A DNA stretch of 63,961 nucleotides, the filler included, from Octopus bimaculoides (lineage: Eukaryota), in NCBI RefSeq assembly GCF_001194135.2. It is 10 parts of 10 records of this genome, joined end to end, with 100 filler letters (N's around TTAATTAATTAA, not from the genome) between each part and the next. Parts side by side here need not be neighbours in the genome. Positions count along the whole stretch, not along the records: positions 20,394 to 24,093 come from NC_068995.1; positions 24,194 to 35,501 come from NC_068985.1; positions 35,602 to 45,513 come from NC_068983.1; 7 more parts are not named here. One strand, given 5' to 3'. Positions 23,975 to 36,183 of the stretch are shown here, piece after piece. The first letter of the stretch is position 1. Each line of letters starts with the position of its first letter. The notes beneath the pieces were generated by a model. That model ran no database searches. It was not told the DNA's origin and saw only the letters and a program-made list of their open reading frames with translations. The position numbers and the translations under genes were made by a program.

Positions 23975-24093
23975 GACGTTCCTGGGAACGTCACGACCTT
24001 TACTGTTAGTAGGGGACTGGAACGCTACCTTGGACACGCATATAGACTATGTGGGAGTGGATAGGAGTAGAAGGGGATGTAAGTGCCTCAAAG
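23975..24093 (+). pseudogene. Tx1/L1-clade APE endonuclease fragment fused to (TCTA)n
   Basis: [24 protein letters not shown] contains the APE GD(F/W)N motif; the fragment runs into a gap. Confidence 0.65.
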
Positions 24094-24225
24094 NNNNNNN
24101 NNNNNNNNNNNNNNNNNNNNNNNNNNNNNNNNNNNNNTTAATTAATTAANNNNNNNNNNNNNNNNNNNNNNNNNNNNNNNNNNNNNNNNNNNNTATATAT
24201 ACATATATATATATATACATATATA

Positions 24226-24390
24226 CGACTGGCTTCTTTCAGTTTCCATCTTCCAAATCCACTCACAAGGCTTTGGTCGGCCTGAGGCTATAGAAGAAGA
24301 CACTTGCCCAAGGTGCCACGCAGTGGGAATGAACCTGGAACCATGTGGTTGGTAAGCAAACTACTTACCGCACAGCCACTCCTGCGCCTA
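24226..24390 (-). mobile_element. SINE family A
   Basis: Full module, CGACTGGCTTCTTTCAG...CACAGCCACTCCTGCGCC. Confidence 0.88.
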
Positions 24391-24646
24391 TAGCTGTTTT
24401 TTTTTTTTCTGCGGCCCTCTAAAAATTCCAGGTTTTACACCTGGCCCAGATATTAAAAAGGTTAATAATCACTGTCTCAAATACGTTTAGACTGACTTTA
24501 GAGAAAACAGCAAATGATCACAGCCACAGACCAGAAGGGAACTTCTGCATCAAGTTCCCTTAGCTAATTGCAAGGGTAAATTTCAAGTACATAAAAGCAT
24601 GGTGGGGTGCATCAAAGGAACCTTTGATTTCACAATTTATATTTGT

Positions 24647-24900
24647 GGAGGCGCGTGGCCTAGTGGTTAGGCTGTTGTATTCACGATCACTAGATCGCGG
24701 GTTCGATTCCCCTGAGTGGGCGGCGCGTTGTGTTCTTGAGCAAAACACTTTATCTCACGTTACTCCAGACGATCAAGGTGGAATGTTGACCAGCTCGCCT
24801 AGTCAGCAGGGTGGCGTCATTTGAAGGCTAAAACAATGCAAAAGCGCATTTTGACTAGCGATGTGTAACAACATTTGATAGCCTCGTCGTTCACGTCATC
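24647..24900 (+). mobile_element. SINE family D (tRNA-derived)
   Basis: A box TGGCCTAGTGG (24656-24666) and B box GGTTCGATTCC (24700-24710), then TTGAGCAAAACAC. Relatives at 48961-49210 and degenerate ~19590-19720. Confidence 0.8.
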
Positions 24901-26299
24901 ACGTGATAGTAGATTATTATTATGGACTTATGCCTTGGCTCGTGGTATTGATTCAAACGTTCTGCGCTCAGATTTCAAATTCCACCGACATCAACTTCGC
25001 CTTATTTTTTTCTTGAGGTCGATACAAAAGAAAAAAAAGTACCAATCCAGAACAGGAGATTGGCAAGATGCCTTGTGACGTTTGATCTGACTCTTTGCAT
25101 TCTGAGTTCAAATCCCAACATTGATTACTGTTGTGTCGACGCCCCCAAGCGAAGTGTGTGTGTGTGCGTGCGCGCGTATCCAAAAACCAAAGAAGAGGTC
25201 CGTTGGTATGAAATGTAAACACAGGCACACACGTTTGAGAACAAACTGTCATTTGCAGTAACACACAAAGACACACACACACACACAAAGAAGCGAACAA
25301 ACTATTGAAGACAAGCAGAGAAAACAAATGCATGCACACAAATATATACACATGTAGAAAGACAAAAGACAAACAGACCGAAACGTACAAAGGATTAATA
25401 ACAAACACATGCACAAAATGCTAAAACAAATAGAGAGAGAGAGAGAGACTAAGGCAGCGTTTTTTCAGACTGTGGGTCCCGACCCTTCAGTGGGTCGCGA
25501 CAAAAACGTTTGAAATACGCTGGACTAAGGTATACACACACACATACATACATACAATATGTATACACACACACACAGAAGACATGCACGCATTGATACA
25601 TGAACATACACACACATATAACTGTACACAGACATAGCTAGACACACACAGACGTAGCTAGACACACACACACACAAATACATGTACAGCGGTACTCGCA
25701 CACATACCTACGTGCATATATATATACACACACACACACGCACTGAAAATACACACGTTCGACAATACACATACACAGACACACACGTTCGACAATACAC
25801 ACAGAGACACACATACATACACGTTCGATAAAACACACACACATACAAAGAAATACACACGTTTGACAATACACACACACAGACACACATATATACACGT
25901 ACGACAATACACATACACACACACACGTTCGACAACGCACACACACAACCACAACAGACAAGTAAATAAACAAAGATCAAAGCTAAAACAAACTTCCTTT
26001 TATGCTAACAAAACTTTGCCGCTAAACTGGGTGGATGGGTGGGGGTGGGATATAGTGGGTGACGAGAAGCGGGTGGGTGGGGAGAAGGTGATGGAGAGGG
26101 AGAAGTGGCGGAGTCGAGGTAAGGAGGGGCGGGTGGGAGAGTGCAGGCTTAGAACACCATCACCACCAATAAATACTTATTACTATTACAACTATCATCA
26201 CAGCTTTTACTAGTAGACACCACCACCACCATACTAATAGTACAATGAAGTTAGTATACTATTATTTGGTGTTATGGTGACGGGATTGCTTTTGTTGTT

Positions 26300-26693
26300 C
26301 GTGTTGGTCTGGCCAGGCTGGGGCATCGCCTTGAAGAATTTTAATTGAATGAATCGACACCAGAACTTTTCTTTCCTTTTCTTTCTTTCTTTTTTTTTCT
26401 TTTTTGAAGTCAGGTACTTATTCTATCGGTCTGTTTACCGAACTGCTAAGTTACGGGGACGTAAACACACCAACACCGGTTATTAAGCGGTTGTGAGGAA
26501 CAAACAAGACTCAAAGACACACACGCACATAAATACATATATACGACAGGCTTCTCTCAGTTTCCGTCAACCAAATCCACTGACAAGGCATTGGTCGGCC
26601 CCCGGACTATAGTAGAAAACATTTGCCCAAAATGTCACGCAGTAGGAATGAACCTGGAACCATGTGGTTGGGAAGTAAATTTCTTACCACACA
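26300..26693 (-). mobile_element. Composite SINE: family A head + microsatellite + family E body
   Basis: Family A module 26544-26693, then (CA/TA)n, then E body TACTTATTCTATCGGTC...GCTAAGTTACGGGGACGTAAACACACC. The same linkage occurs at 29405-29853 and 51355-51625. Confidence 0.75.
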
Positions 26694-28796
26694 TCAACAC
26701 CTGGGGTGAACGTAACATCCCAGGAGTCCATTGTGTAGCACCTATCAGCAAGGAATTTGTTTGCTGATTCCCGTAAAGAAGAGCTAGTGCTCTTGTGAGA
26801 TTCATCAGTACAGCAGATAGCTTTGACTGATAAGATAAGGTCACTCGGTTAAGGAATGGTTATGCTTCTTTTCCTCTTGTAATAATGCTTTTTGTTCTTG
26901 TTCTTGTTTCAATCATGGCTGCCTCTGCGTAGTTATTTGTGTTGTTTACTTTCTAAAATAGTAAGGGGGGTTCCTAGAACATCACCCTGTACCCACAATT
27001 TCCCTATCCACATCTTTACCCTATGGGGCCCTAACAATATCCGATAATAGGTATAGATGCCAATCTATCTAATAACTTGTCTCCTTCTATAAAATCAGGC
27101 ATAACTTGGTGATCGGTCGACTTACAACACCGCTTAAGGTGAACTTTGGTTGGCTGTATGCAAATGAATTCATTCCTAGGGTCCGGAACTCTCGTGGGAA
27201 AAAAATTTCGCCGCCTGATGGGACCACAAAGCTGCTCAGATGGCGCTGTTCACCAGACACACACACACACACACACACACGTAATAGTCACACATACATT
27301 ATCCATACCTAGACAGAAACACTGCTGTGTCATTTAGGGAGAAACATAAAGCGTGGACGAGAGAGGGAGAGAGAGAGAGGGGGGCGGGAACGAGAGGTCA
27401 AAACGCGTGATGATCTCTGGACTAAATTTGACTCGGTGGAAACTATGTAAATGAAGGTGGAAGGGAGGTAAGTAGTACTAACTAGATTTAATCTGNNNNN
27501 NNNNNNNNNNNNNNNNNNNNNNNNNNNNNNNNNNNNNNNNNNNNNNNNNNNNNNNNNNNNNNNNNNNNNNNNNNNNNNNNNNNNNNNNNNNNNNNNNNNN
27601 NNNNNNNNNNNNNNNNNNNNNNNNNNNNNNNNNNNNNNNNNNNNNNNNNNNNNNNNNNNNNNNNNNNNNNNNNNNNNNNNNNNNNNNNNNNNNNNNNNNN
27701 NNNNNNNNNNNNNNNNNNNNNNNNNNNNNNNNNNNNNNNNNNNNNNNNNNNNNNNNNNNNNNNNNNNNNNNNNNNNNNNNNNNNNNNNNNNNNNNNNNNN
27801 NNNNNNNNNNNNNNNNNNNNNNNNNNNNNNNNNNNNNNNNNNNNNNNNNNNNNNNNNNNNNNNNNNNNNNNNNNNNNNNNNNNNNNNNNNNNNNNNNNNN
27901 NNNNNNNNNNNNNNNNNNNNNNNNNNNNNNNNNNNNNNNNNNNNNNNNNNNNNNNNNNNNNNNNNNNNNNNNNNNNNNNNNNNNNNNNNNNNNNNNNNNN
28001 NNNNNNNNNNNNNNNNNNNNNNNNNNNNNNNNNNNNNNNNGACAGTGAGGGTGAGAAAGAAAAGATCTTGTCCCTTCCTCTCTCTCTCTCTCCCTCCTCT
28101 CTTTCTTTTATGTTTCACCCCCTCGGCTGCTTTCTCATCCCTAATCTGACCTCCTCTCCCCACCTCTTTGTCTCTATCTGGCAACAAGAGGTAGAGGGAG
28201 GAGTAGAGATTTATAACACTACGTCCACTTTCTAATCATGTCCATCTTCATAGCTGTACAGGTAAAGATGATGATGATTATGGTGGTAGTAGTATTAGTA
28301 TTAGTAGTAGTAGTAGTAGTAGTAGTAGTAGCAGTAGTGGTGGTGGTGGTGGTTTGTGATAAAGATGTGAAAATTATTTATATAAAAGATGACATGTTGC
28401 CCTGTAAATGGTGTTTAAAATCTATAAATAAACTTCCTCCGCCCTCCACCTTTTGTCTCCAGGTGGACAGTGGTGGACAATGGACTCTAGATTACTGTAT
28501 TCTTTAAGGGGCAAGCACAGTGCTTGACCACTTCAAGTTGTAAGGAGATCAACCACATACGTGCACCACAGTTAATTAACTCTGCGAGCCAACTCACCCA
28601 TCCTCTACTCTCTTTTCTAAGTGTCACTGTGGTTTTGGCTTTGATTATTGTTGCTGTCGTTTTCCCTTTATTCTTTTTTCTTGTCTACTCCACCCTAAGT
28701 GCTTGTTATTCACCTTTTAGTCCCTCTTTTGGTTTGTTTGTATGCGTTTTTTTGTTAATCTATGTATCTATCTATATATCTGTTGTCTTTATACGG

Positions 28797-28841
<45 letters not shown>

Positions 28842-28953
28842 NNNNNNNNNNNNNNNNNNNNNNNNNNNNNNNNNNNNNNNNNNNNNNNNNNNNNNNNNNN
28901 NNNNNNNNNNNNNNNNNNNNNNTGTTGAGCCCTGTGTGGCTACTAAAGAAACA

Positions 28954-29001
<48 letters not shown>

Positions 29002-29404
29002 AATCTATGCATTCATCCATTTATCTACAAGTTAATATATGTCATTGTTTGTCTGTATCTATCTATCCATCTGTCTGTCTATCGGTCAATGTGTTTATCT
29101 ATCTATCTACTTGTCTGTCAATTGTCTCTCTCTCTGTAGCCCAGGGGTTGTGGCACCAATAATTATTTATGTATGTCTGTACCTGACTATGTCTCTGTGA
29201 ATCCATCTATCAGTCTATCTACCTATCTAGCAATTTCTTAGCCTCTCTCAATCTACCAGCATATCTATCATCTAGCTACCTATCCCTGTACATTTACTTT
29301 CATCTCACTTCCAACTCACTCTACCACTCATCCATTCCATCCCTATGTTTATATTTTCTCTCTGCCAATATAAACATGATCCTAGATTCTTTTCTATTCT
29401 TTTA

Positions 29405-29622
29405 CTTGCTTCAGTCATTTGACTGTGGCCATGCTGGAGCACCGGACAAATCGACCCTAAAATTTATTCTTTGTAAGTCTAGTACTTATTCTATCGGTCT
29501 TTTTTTTGCTGAACTGTTAAGTTATAAGGACGTAAACACACCAGCATTGGTTGTCGAACGATGATGGGGGGGGGGGGGCAAACACAGACACACAAACATA
29601 TACATATATAAGAAGCCCATCG

Positions 29623-29690
<68 letters not shown>

Positions 29691-29853
29691 CACACAACAG
29701 GCTTCTTTCAGTTTCTGTCTACCAAATCCACTCACAAGGCTTTGGTCGGCCTGTGGCTATAGTAGAAGACACTTGCCCAAGGTGTCACGCAGTAGGACTG
29801 AACCCGGAACCATGTGGTTGGTAAGCAAGCTACTTACCACACAGCCACTCCTA
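29405..29853 (-). mobile_element. Composite SINE (A + microsatellite + E)
   Basis: CAGTCATTTGACTGTGGCCATGCTGGAGCACC ... TCTAGTACTTATTCTATCGGTC ... (CA)n(TA)n ... family A module. Confidence 0.8.
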
Positions 29854-30344
29854 TGGTTGTTATATTTTTTTGATAACATAATAGGTTAGATAGGATGATG
29901 TCTATATAACAATATTACAATAACAAATAAGATGTTTCGCATGTATAGTAATATGACAATCATGAAATTAGCATTAGCTTATCTCACTTTTCTCGCAGAA
30001 CACCTAGGAACCTTTTGCGACATCCTGGGGTTCTGGGGAACCCTGGTTGAGAAACATGATATGGGTGTGATGGAGTGAAAGAAACACAAGCAAAGCCAGA
30101 AAGATTAGAAACAGAGAAGATTAAAATAAAGCGTGTGACATGTACCTTGACTGTCTTCAGAGAGGTCCGAGATGGATGGTACTTTCTGAATAGTACCAAG
30201 ATGAGGTTGAAGAGGTGTATCATCACAAGCTTCTGACAGATTCAACAAGGACAGATCATGGGCACAGTTTGGTTTCAGAGAAGCACTGCTGTCACCGTAC
30301 GTCATCTGAAATAGATAAATGAGAGAATATTGAAGATTAATATT

Positions 30345-30570
30345 GCCATTCATTGCTCAGCATGTTTGTCCCCCACTTGACAACCAGCGCTGGTGTGTTT
30401 GGCCTATCCCTGTAACTAAACGGCTCAGAAAAAAAAGAGACCGATAGAATAAGTACCAGGCTTTAAAATTAAAAAAATCCTGCGGTTGATTTGTTCAACT
30501 AAAACACCGTCAGGGTGGTGCCATAGCATGGCCGCAGTCAGAATGACTAGAAAATATAAAAGGTATATAA
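30345..30570 (+). mobile_element. SINE family E body/tail without head
   Basis: GTTTGTCCCC..CTTGACAACC...GAGACCGATAGAATAAGTACCAGGC...GCATGGCCGCAGTC. Similar pieces at 11960-12130 (+), 2240-2295 (+) and 33145-33345 (-). Confidence 0.7.
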
Positions 30571-31126
30571 ATTAAAACAGTAAGGTAAAAAGTTGGATAT
30601 TAATTAATATCAATTTAATATCAGGGAACTTAGCACATTGAAAGAATCAGGAGATTCAGAAAAATTATCTGAGATCTCAAAGGATTATTGTATATGTATA
30701 TATAACGGAGACCATTAGGTGGACGGTTAGTGTGCTAGGAGATCACATGTAATGCGTCTACTAAGACCGAATTGTTCTCAAAGAAAAGGTATATATATTT
30801 AGCTGTGGCCAGATGGAGCAGAAGACATAGATGCCACTGGCAAACATTAAAAATAAAATGTACCCATGGGGTTTAGATAGCAAACCCTGCTTCGTATTGT
30901 AAGAGAGAAGTAAAAAAAAAAAAAGAAAATGCCATCTTTGTTATTTGTAATAGAGCATAAGATAGACTTTCCCCTTATCATGACAGGGTTCGCAGCAACC
31001 ATCAACTTCTCCCTGAAGTCCTATACACTACCATTATCATCTTGCTTTCCCTTGAGAATTACCTCACACTTCATTCAGGTAATGTCATGAGACAGCACAT
31101 CTATACATGTATCTACACACACACAC

Positions 31127-31203
<77 letters not shown>

Positions 31204-31910
31204 CATACATTTGATCATATATAGTGCACTTTGTATACCATTCGAGGAGAGAATTGCGATGTTTCAAAGTCCTTCGTCACAGAAACTGTTCTCTCTCCCA
31301 AAGGAAGGGTTTCGCTTAAAATCTCAGTAACATTTTCTCCTGATGTCATACAAAGTTAGTAAACTTTATTAAATATTTTTTGCTTTAATGCAGACCGCAG
31401 AAGAGCACAGACTCAAAACATTAGAGACTTCTTTTTGAGCATCAACCTAATACACCCTCTTTACTTGTTTCTCTGTTTATTTTTTTACTTTGTTTTGTTT
31501 TATTTTTGTACCACACACACACACACACTTATATATATATGTATATATATATTCTTTTCTTTTATTCTTTTATTTGCCCAGGGTGCCATGCAATAGGACT
31601 GAACCCAGAACCATGTGGTTGCAAAGCAAGCTTGTTACCACACAGACACGCCAGTGCTACATGTTACATATACTTATATGCATACATATTTGCTTTCATG
31701 CATGTGTTACATATACATAGGAATACATACATATGCACATTTATATATATAACAAAAAAAAGTTATAAAAGACACACACACACAAAACAACGAAATGACA
31801 AAAAGTAAATGTATGAAAGAAAGGGAAGAAAAAATAAAGAAAGAAGAAAAGAAAGGAAAATAGATCATGAAAAAAGAAAATTAAACAAGACAGACAACTT
31901 AGAGGAAGAT

Positions 31911-31911
<1 letters not shown>

Positions 31912-31978
<67 letters not shown>

Positions 31979-32065
31979 GGGGAGAGAAAGCGGCAGACGG
32001 ACGGACAGGCAGATAGACAGACAAACAGCCAGACAAATAGCTAGCTAGCAAGATAGATAGATAGG

Positions 32066-32105
<40 letters not shown>

Positions 32106-32168
32106 CACATACAGAGAGAGAGAGAGAGACAGATAGATAGATAGAGACAGACAGACAGGCAGAGAGAC

Positions 32169-32199
<31 letters not shown>

Positions 32200-32302
32200 T
32201 GGATAGACAGACAGACAGATAGATAGTTAGAGACAGACAGACAGGCAGAGAGACAGATAGATAGATAGACAGACAGACATAGATAGATAGATAGACATAC
32301 AT

Positions 32303-32379
<77 letters not shown>

Positions 32380-32388
32380 CAGACAGAT
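31912..32388. repeat. Compound (GA)n-(GATA)n-(GACA)n microsatellite
   Basis: Direct reading. It is one of many similar tracts (e.g. 5790-5930, 14235-14330, 14800-15600, 23846-23974). Confidence 0.95.
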
Positions 32389-33418
32389 AGTGAAATCGTA
32401 GAAAAAAGAGAGACATTTTTAAAGTAGGTGAGTTGAAAAAACTGGGGCNNNNNNNNNNNNNNNNNNNNNNNNNNNNNNNNNNNNNNNNNNNNNNNNNNNN
32501 NNNNNNNNNNNNNNNNNNNNNNNNNNNNNNNNNNNNNNNNNNNNNNNNNNNNNNNNNNNNNNNNNNNNNNNNNNNNNNNNNNNNNNNNNNNNNNNNNNNN
32601 NNNNNNNNNNNNNNNNNNNNNNNNNNNNNNNNNNNNNNNNNNNNNNNNNNNNNNNNNNNNNNNNNNNNNNNNNNNNNNNNNNNNNNNNNNNNNNNNNNNN
32701 NNNNNNNNNNNNNNNNNNNNNNNNNNNNNNNNNNNNNNNNNNNNNNNNNNNNNNNNNNNNNNNNNNNNNNNNNNNNNNNNNNGGGGTCTAAGGGTGAAGT
32801 TCTGCTAGTTTAATGATAGTTTTTTGGGGGGGTTTTCAGTCTTTTTTTGCAGTGTTTAACTATGTGTGTCCTTTCTTATAAACATGTTCCCCCTGTTGAA
32901 ATCCTCTCCGTTTGTTAAGGGGCCAAGGTTGACTTTTCGCTTTCCATATTTCATCCCTCTTTTTCGTTGAGGGGTCGGTTAGTTTGACAGAACACGAACT
33001 TGGGGGTAGGTTCCCCTCGATAAAATAAAAGTGTTTAGGGGTTAGGTCAGATCGTTGCTCCAGCGTAGGCTTTCGTTCCGTCCCCTCCATCCAACACAAA
33101 TGGCCGCTCTCCTCCTTTGCTGTCTTCATTTTCTTTCCATTTGTTTTAGTCATTTGGCTGCGGCCAGGCTGGGGCACAACCTTGAAGGGTTTTAGTCAAA
33201 CAATTCGACCTCAGTACCTGCTTTTTGTTTTATTCTTTCTTTACAGTTTGGTACTTATTTTATTGATCTCTTCTGCTGAACAGTTATATTAATGGGGACG
33301 TAAACAAACCAACACTGGTTTACAAATGGTAGTGGAAAATAGACACATCATAAAGACACATATACACAAACACAGGGCGTTACTTCTGCTGCACTCTGTA
33401 TTTTGAATTAATCATTTG

Positions 33419-33647
33419 TTAACCCTTTCGTTACTGTATTTATTTTGAGATGCTCTGTGTTTCTTTCAATTAATTTTAAATACAACAAAGAATTTAGTAA
33501 AATAACTTAGTTATCATTAAGCTAGTGTTAGGAACATAGATTGTGACTAAGGTTTGGTGGAAGATTTTAATTCAGAACTTATGAAAACAAGACATTTGTA
33601 CTCAGAGCCAGAGGCAGTTTCAGCCAGGTTGGTATCAAAAGGGTTAA
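33419..33647. mobile_element. piggyBac-like MITE (221 bp) with TTAA target-site duplication
   Basis: TTAA|CCCTTTCGTTAC ... GTATCAAAAGGG|TTAA. The 12-bp TIRs match at 10/12 positions. Confidence 0.85.
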
Positions 33648-33670
33648 TAATTGTTTCTCCATTATATATT

Positions 33671-33857
33671 TTAACCCTTTTGTTACCATATTTCTGTTGA
33701 GAAGCTCTGTGCTTTTTTCAATTAATTTTAAATATAACAAAGAATTTAGTAAAATAACTTAGTTATTAAGCTAGTGTTAGGAACATAAATTGTGACTAAG
33801 GTTTGGTGGAAGATTTTAGTTCAGAACTTTTGAAAACAAGACATTTGTGCTACAGAG
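33671..33857. mobile_element. Second copy of the piggyBac-like MITE, truncated by a gap
   Basis: TTAA|CCCTTTTGTTAC followed by the same internal sequence (CAAAGAATTTAGTAAAATAACTTAG...GTTTGGTGGAAGATTTTA). Confidence 0.85.
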
Positions 33858-34282
33858 NNNNNNNNNNNNNNNNNNNNNNNNNNNNNNNNNNNNNNNNNNN
33901 NNNNNNNNNNNNNNNNNNNNNNNNNNNNNNNNNNNNNNNNNNNNNNNNNNNNNNNNNNNNNNNNNNNNNNNNNNNNNNNNNNNNNNNNNNNNNNNNNNNN
34001 NNNNNNNNNNNNNNNNNNNNNNNNNNNNNNNNNNNNNNNNNNNNNNNNNNNNNNNNNNNNNNNNNNNNNNNNNNNNNNNNNNNNNNNNNNNNNNNNNNNN
34101 NNNNNNNNNNNNNNNNNNNNNNNNNNNNNNNNNNNNNNNNNNNNNNNNNNNNNNNNNNNNNNNNNNNNNNNNNNNNNNNNNNNNNNNNNNNNNNNNNNNN
34201 NNNNNNNNNNNNNNNNNNNNNNNNNNNNNNNNNNNNNNNNNNNNNNGCCTTCGTCAGGTGTCTTGGGTTAATAATTGGGTTA

Positions 34283-34315
<33 letters not shown>

Positions 34316-34359
34316 GTAACATCGAAAGGAATGAGAACCCAGGTTCGAAATTTCCCCAA

Positions 34360-34405
34360 GACACCTGACGAAGGCTGGAGGGTATATCAGCCGAAACGTT
34401 GTGTT
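34360..34405 (+). ncRNA. Minimal type I hammerhead-ribozyme-like motif (Penelope-type)
   Basis: (G)ACAC-CTGACGA-A-GGCTG(gagggtatat)CAGCC-GAAA-CG-TT-GTGT(T): stem I ACAC/GTGT, stem II 5 bp, palindromic stem III ACGT, cleavage triplet GUU. Confidence 0.6.
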
Positions 34406-34457
34406 AACAACAAACAAGATGAGGACGAATATCCGTCAAATGTAAATAATGTAAATA

Positions 34458-34605
34458 AGCTTCTTTCAGTTTCCATTTACCAAATCCACCCACAAAGCTT
34501 TAGTTGGCTTGCAGCTATAGTAGAAGACATTTGCGCAAGGTGCCATGAAGTGGGACTGAACCTGGAACCATGGGGCTGGGAAGCAAGCTTCTTACCACAC
34601 AGCCA
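34458..34605 (-). mobile_element. SINE family A
   Basis: GCTTCTTTCAGTTTCC...GTGGGACTGAACCTGGAACCATG...CTTACCACACAGCC. Confidence 0.8.
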
Positions 34606-35283
34606 AAACCTGAGCCCATTGTATAATTAACCCCTCCCAATACCACCACCACAACCATATCTACCACCGCCACCACCACCACTACTACTACCATATCTAC
34701 CACCACCACAATGACGACAACCACGACTACCACCACCACTGCCACTACGTCATTATCACAGCTACCACAACCCGCTACAACATGTACTACAAAATTTATT
34801 TCTTTTCGATCCACTAGTCAAGCAGGTTGGCTACGGAAGGAAGCATGTGTGCTGTTCACTTCAGGTGGCTTGTTCAGAAAGGGGGGGGATGTTAAGGTGA
34901 GGGGTGGGAGCAAAAGTGTGGAGTGACATTAAACTACTACTACTACCACCACCACCGACACCATTGCTATCCTAGACTATTTCTAACCATATTCATCAAT
35001 ACCATTGCCTAAATCACCTCTACTACTACTACTACTACTCCTACTACCACCACCACTGCCGCTACTACTACTACTACTACTCCTACTACCACCACCAGTG
35101 CCGCTACTACTATCACTACCACCACCACCACTATCCTAGATTCTGTTACTGCTACCACATCATTTTTTTTTCAGTCACTAAGTTGTGAATTGAGGTGGAT
35201 CAGCTGCTATTTCTAGCAGATCAAGTAAATGCATGAATGGGCTGGTGACTCAATCAGAGCTGGTTCAATATTGGGAATTATAA

Positions 35284-35480
35284 AGGCGGTGAGCTGGCAG
35301 AAACGTTACTACGCCGAGGCATTTCATTTGTCTTTACGTTCTGAGTTCAAATTCCGCCGAGGTCGACTTTGCCTTTCATCCTTTGAAAATTGATAAATTA
35401 AGTACCAGTCGCGTACTGGGGTCAATCTAATCGACTGGCCCCCTCCCCCAAAATTTCGGGTCTTGTGCCTAGAGCAGAAC
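35284..35480 (+). mobile_element. SINE family B
   Basis: GGCGGTGAGCTGGCAGAAACGTTA...GTTCTGAGTTCAAATTCCGCCGAGGTCGACTTTGCCTTTCATCC...CCCAAAATTTCGGG. Confidence 0.88.
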
Positions 35481-35584
35481 AGAATGTTAGGAATTATATA
35501 ANNNNNNNNNNNNNNNNNNNNNNNNNNNNNNNNNNNNNNNNNNNNTTAATTAATTAANNNNNNNNNNNNNNNNNNNNNNNNNNN

Positions 35585-36170
35585 NNNNNNNNNNNNNNNN
35601 NGAGGTGAGGGAGAATTCACCAAAAAAATAAAAGACGAAGACAGGTGGTGTCGACAACAGAAAAATGTATTAATTTAACGCGCGGGAAGTGAAAAAGTCT
35701 TTAACGTTTCGAGCCTACGCTCTTCCACTGAAAGGAACACAGAAAGAAACAAGGAGAGAAAATAAAGAATGTGTAGTGGCTAGCGATCTATCATGGTGAA
35801 TGCCGGACAGACGGGTCACACAGGAGAGGTAGGAAGAAGAGGAGATAATAAAGTAGTGGCGATCCCAAAGCGAAGGTGCGCGTGCGTTGGTATAAAAGAG
35901 TATGTATGTGCGTGTGGAAGAGGGCTAGTGACCTTGACGTGTGCGTGTATGTGTAGGTGTGAAGCTGTGGGGCTGGAAAGTGGTCAGTGCTAGTGTGTGC
36001 GTGGTTGTATGATGTGATGTGATGTGCTGTGTGAGATGGTGGTGTATAGTGTAGTGGTGTGTGGCGTGGTGTGATTGTGTTAGGAGGTGGTGGAGGCGAG
36101 ACTGGAGAAAGCAAGGGTAGGAGTAGAGGTGGAGTATGTGGGTAGGCGGAGCTTGGAGGTATATATACAT
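35585..36170 (-). mobile_element. Repeat family with hammerhead-like end (probable Penelope pLTR), copy 1
   Basis: AGACGAAGACAGGTGGTGT...GTCTTT.ACGTTTCGAG.CTACGCTCTTC is shared with 36410-36600 and 58435-59060. Confidence 0.55.
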
Positions 36171-36183
36171 TGAGAAAAAGGTA

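Noticed and set aside
24647-24720. Possible tRNA gene
   Set aside because: A/B boxes are present but there is no acceptor-stem closure, and it continues into a SINE body shared with 48961.
32783-33140. GC-richer block with a 105-aa minus-strand ORF
   Set aside because: No recognisable motif; it is adjacent to a gap and may be low quality or a repeat fragment.
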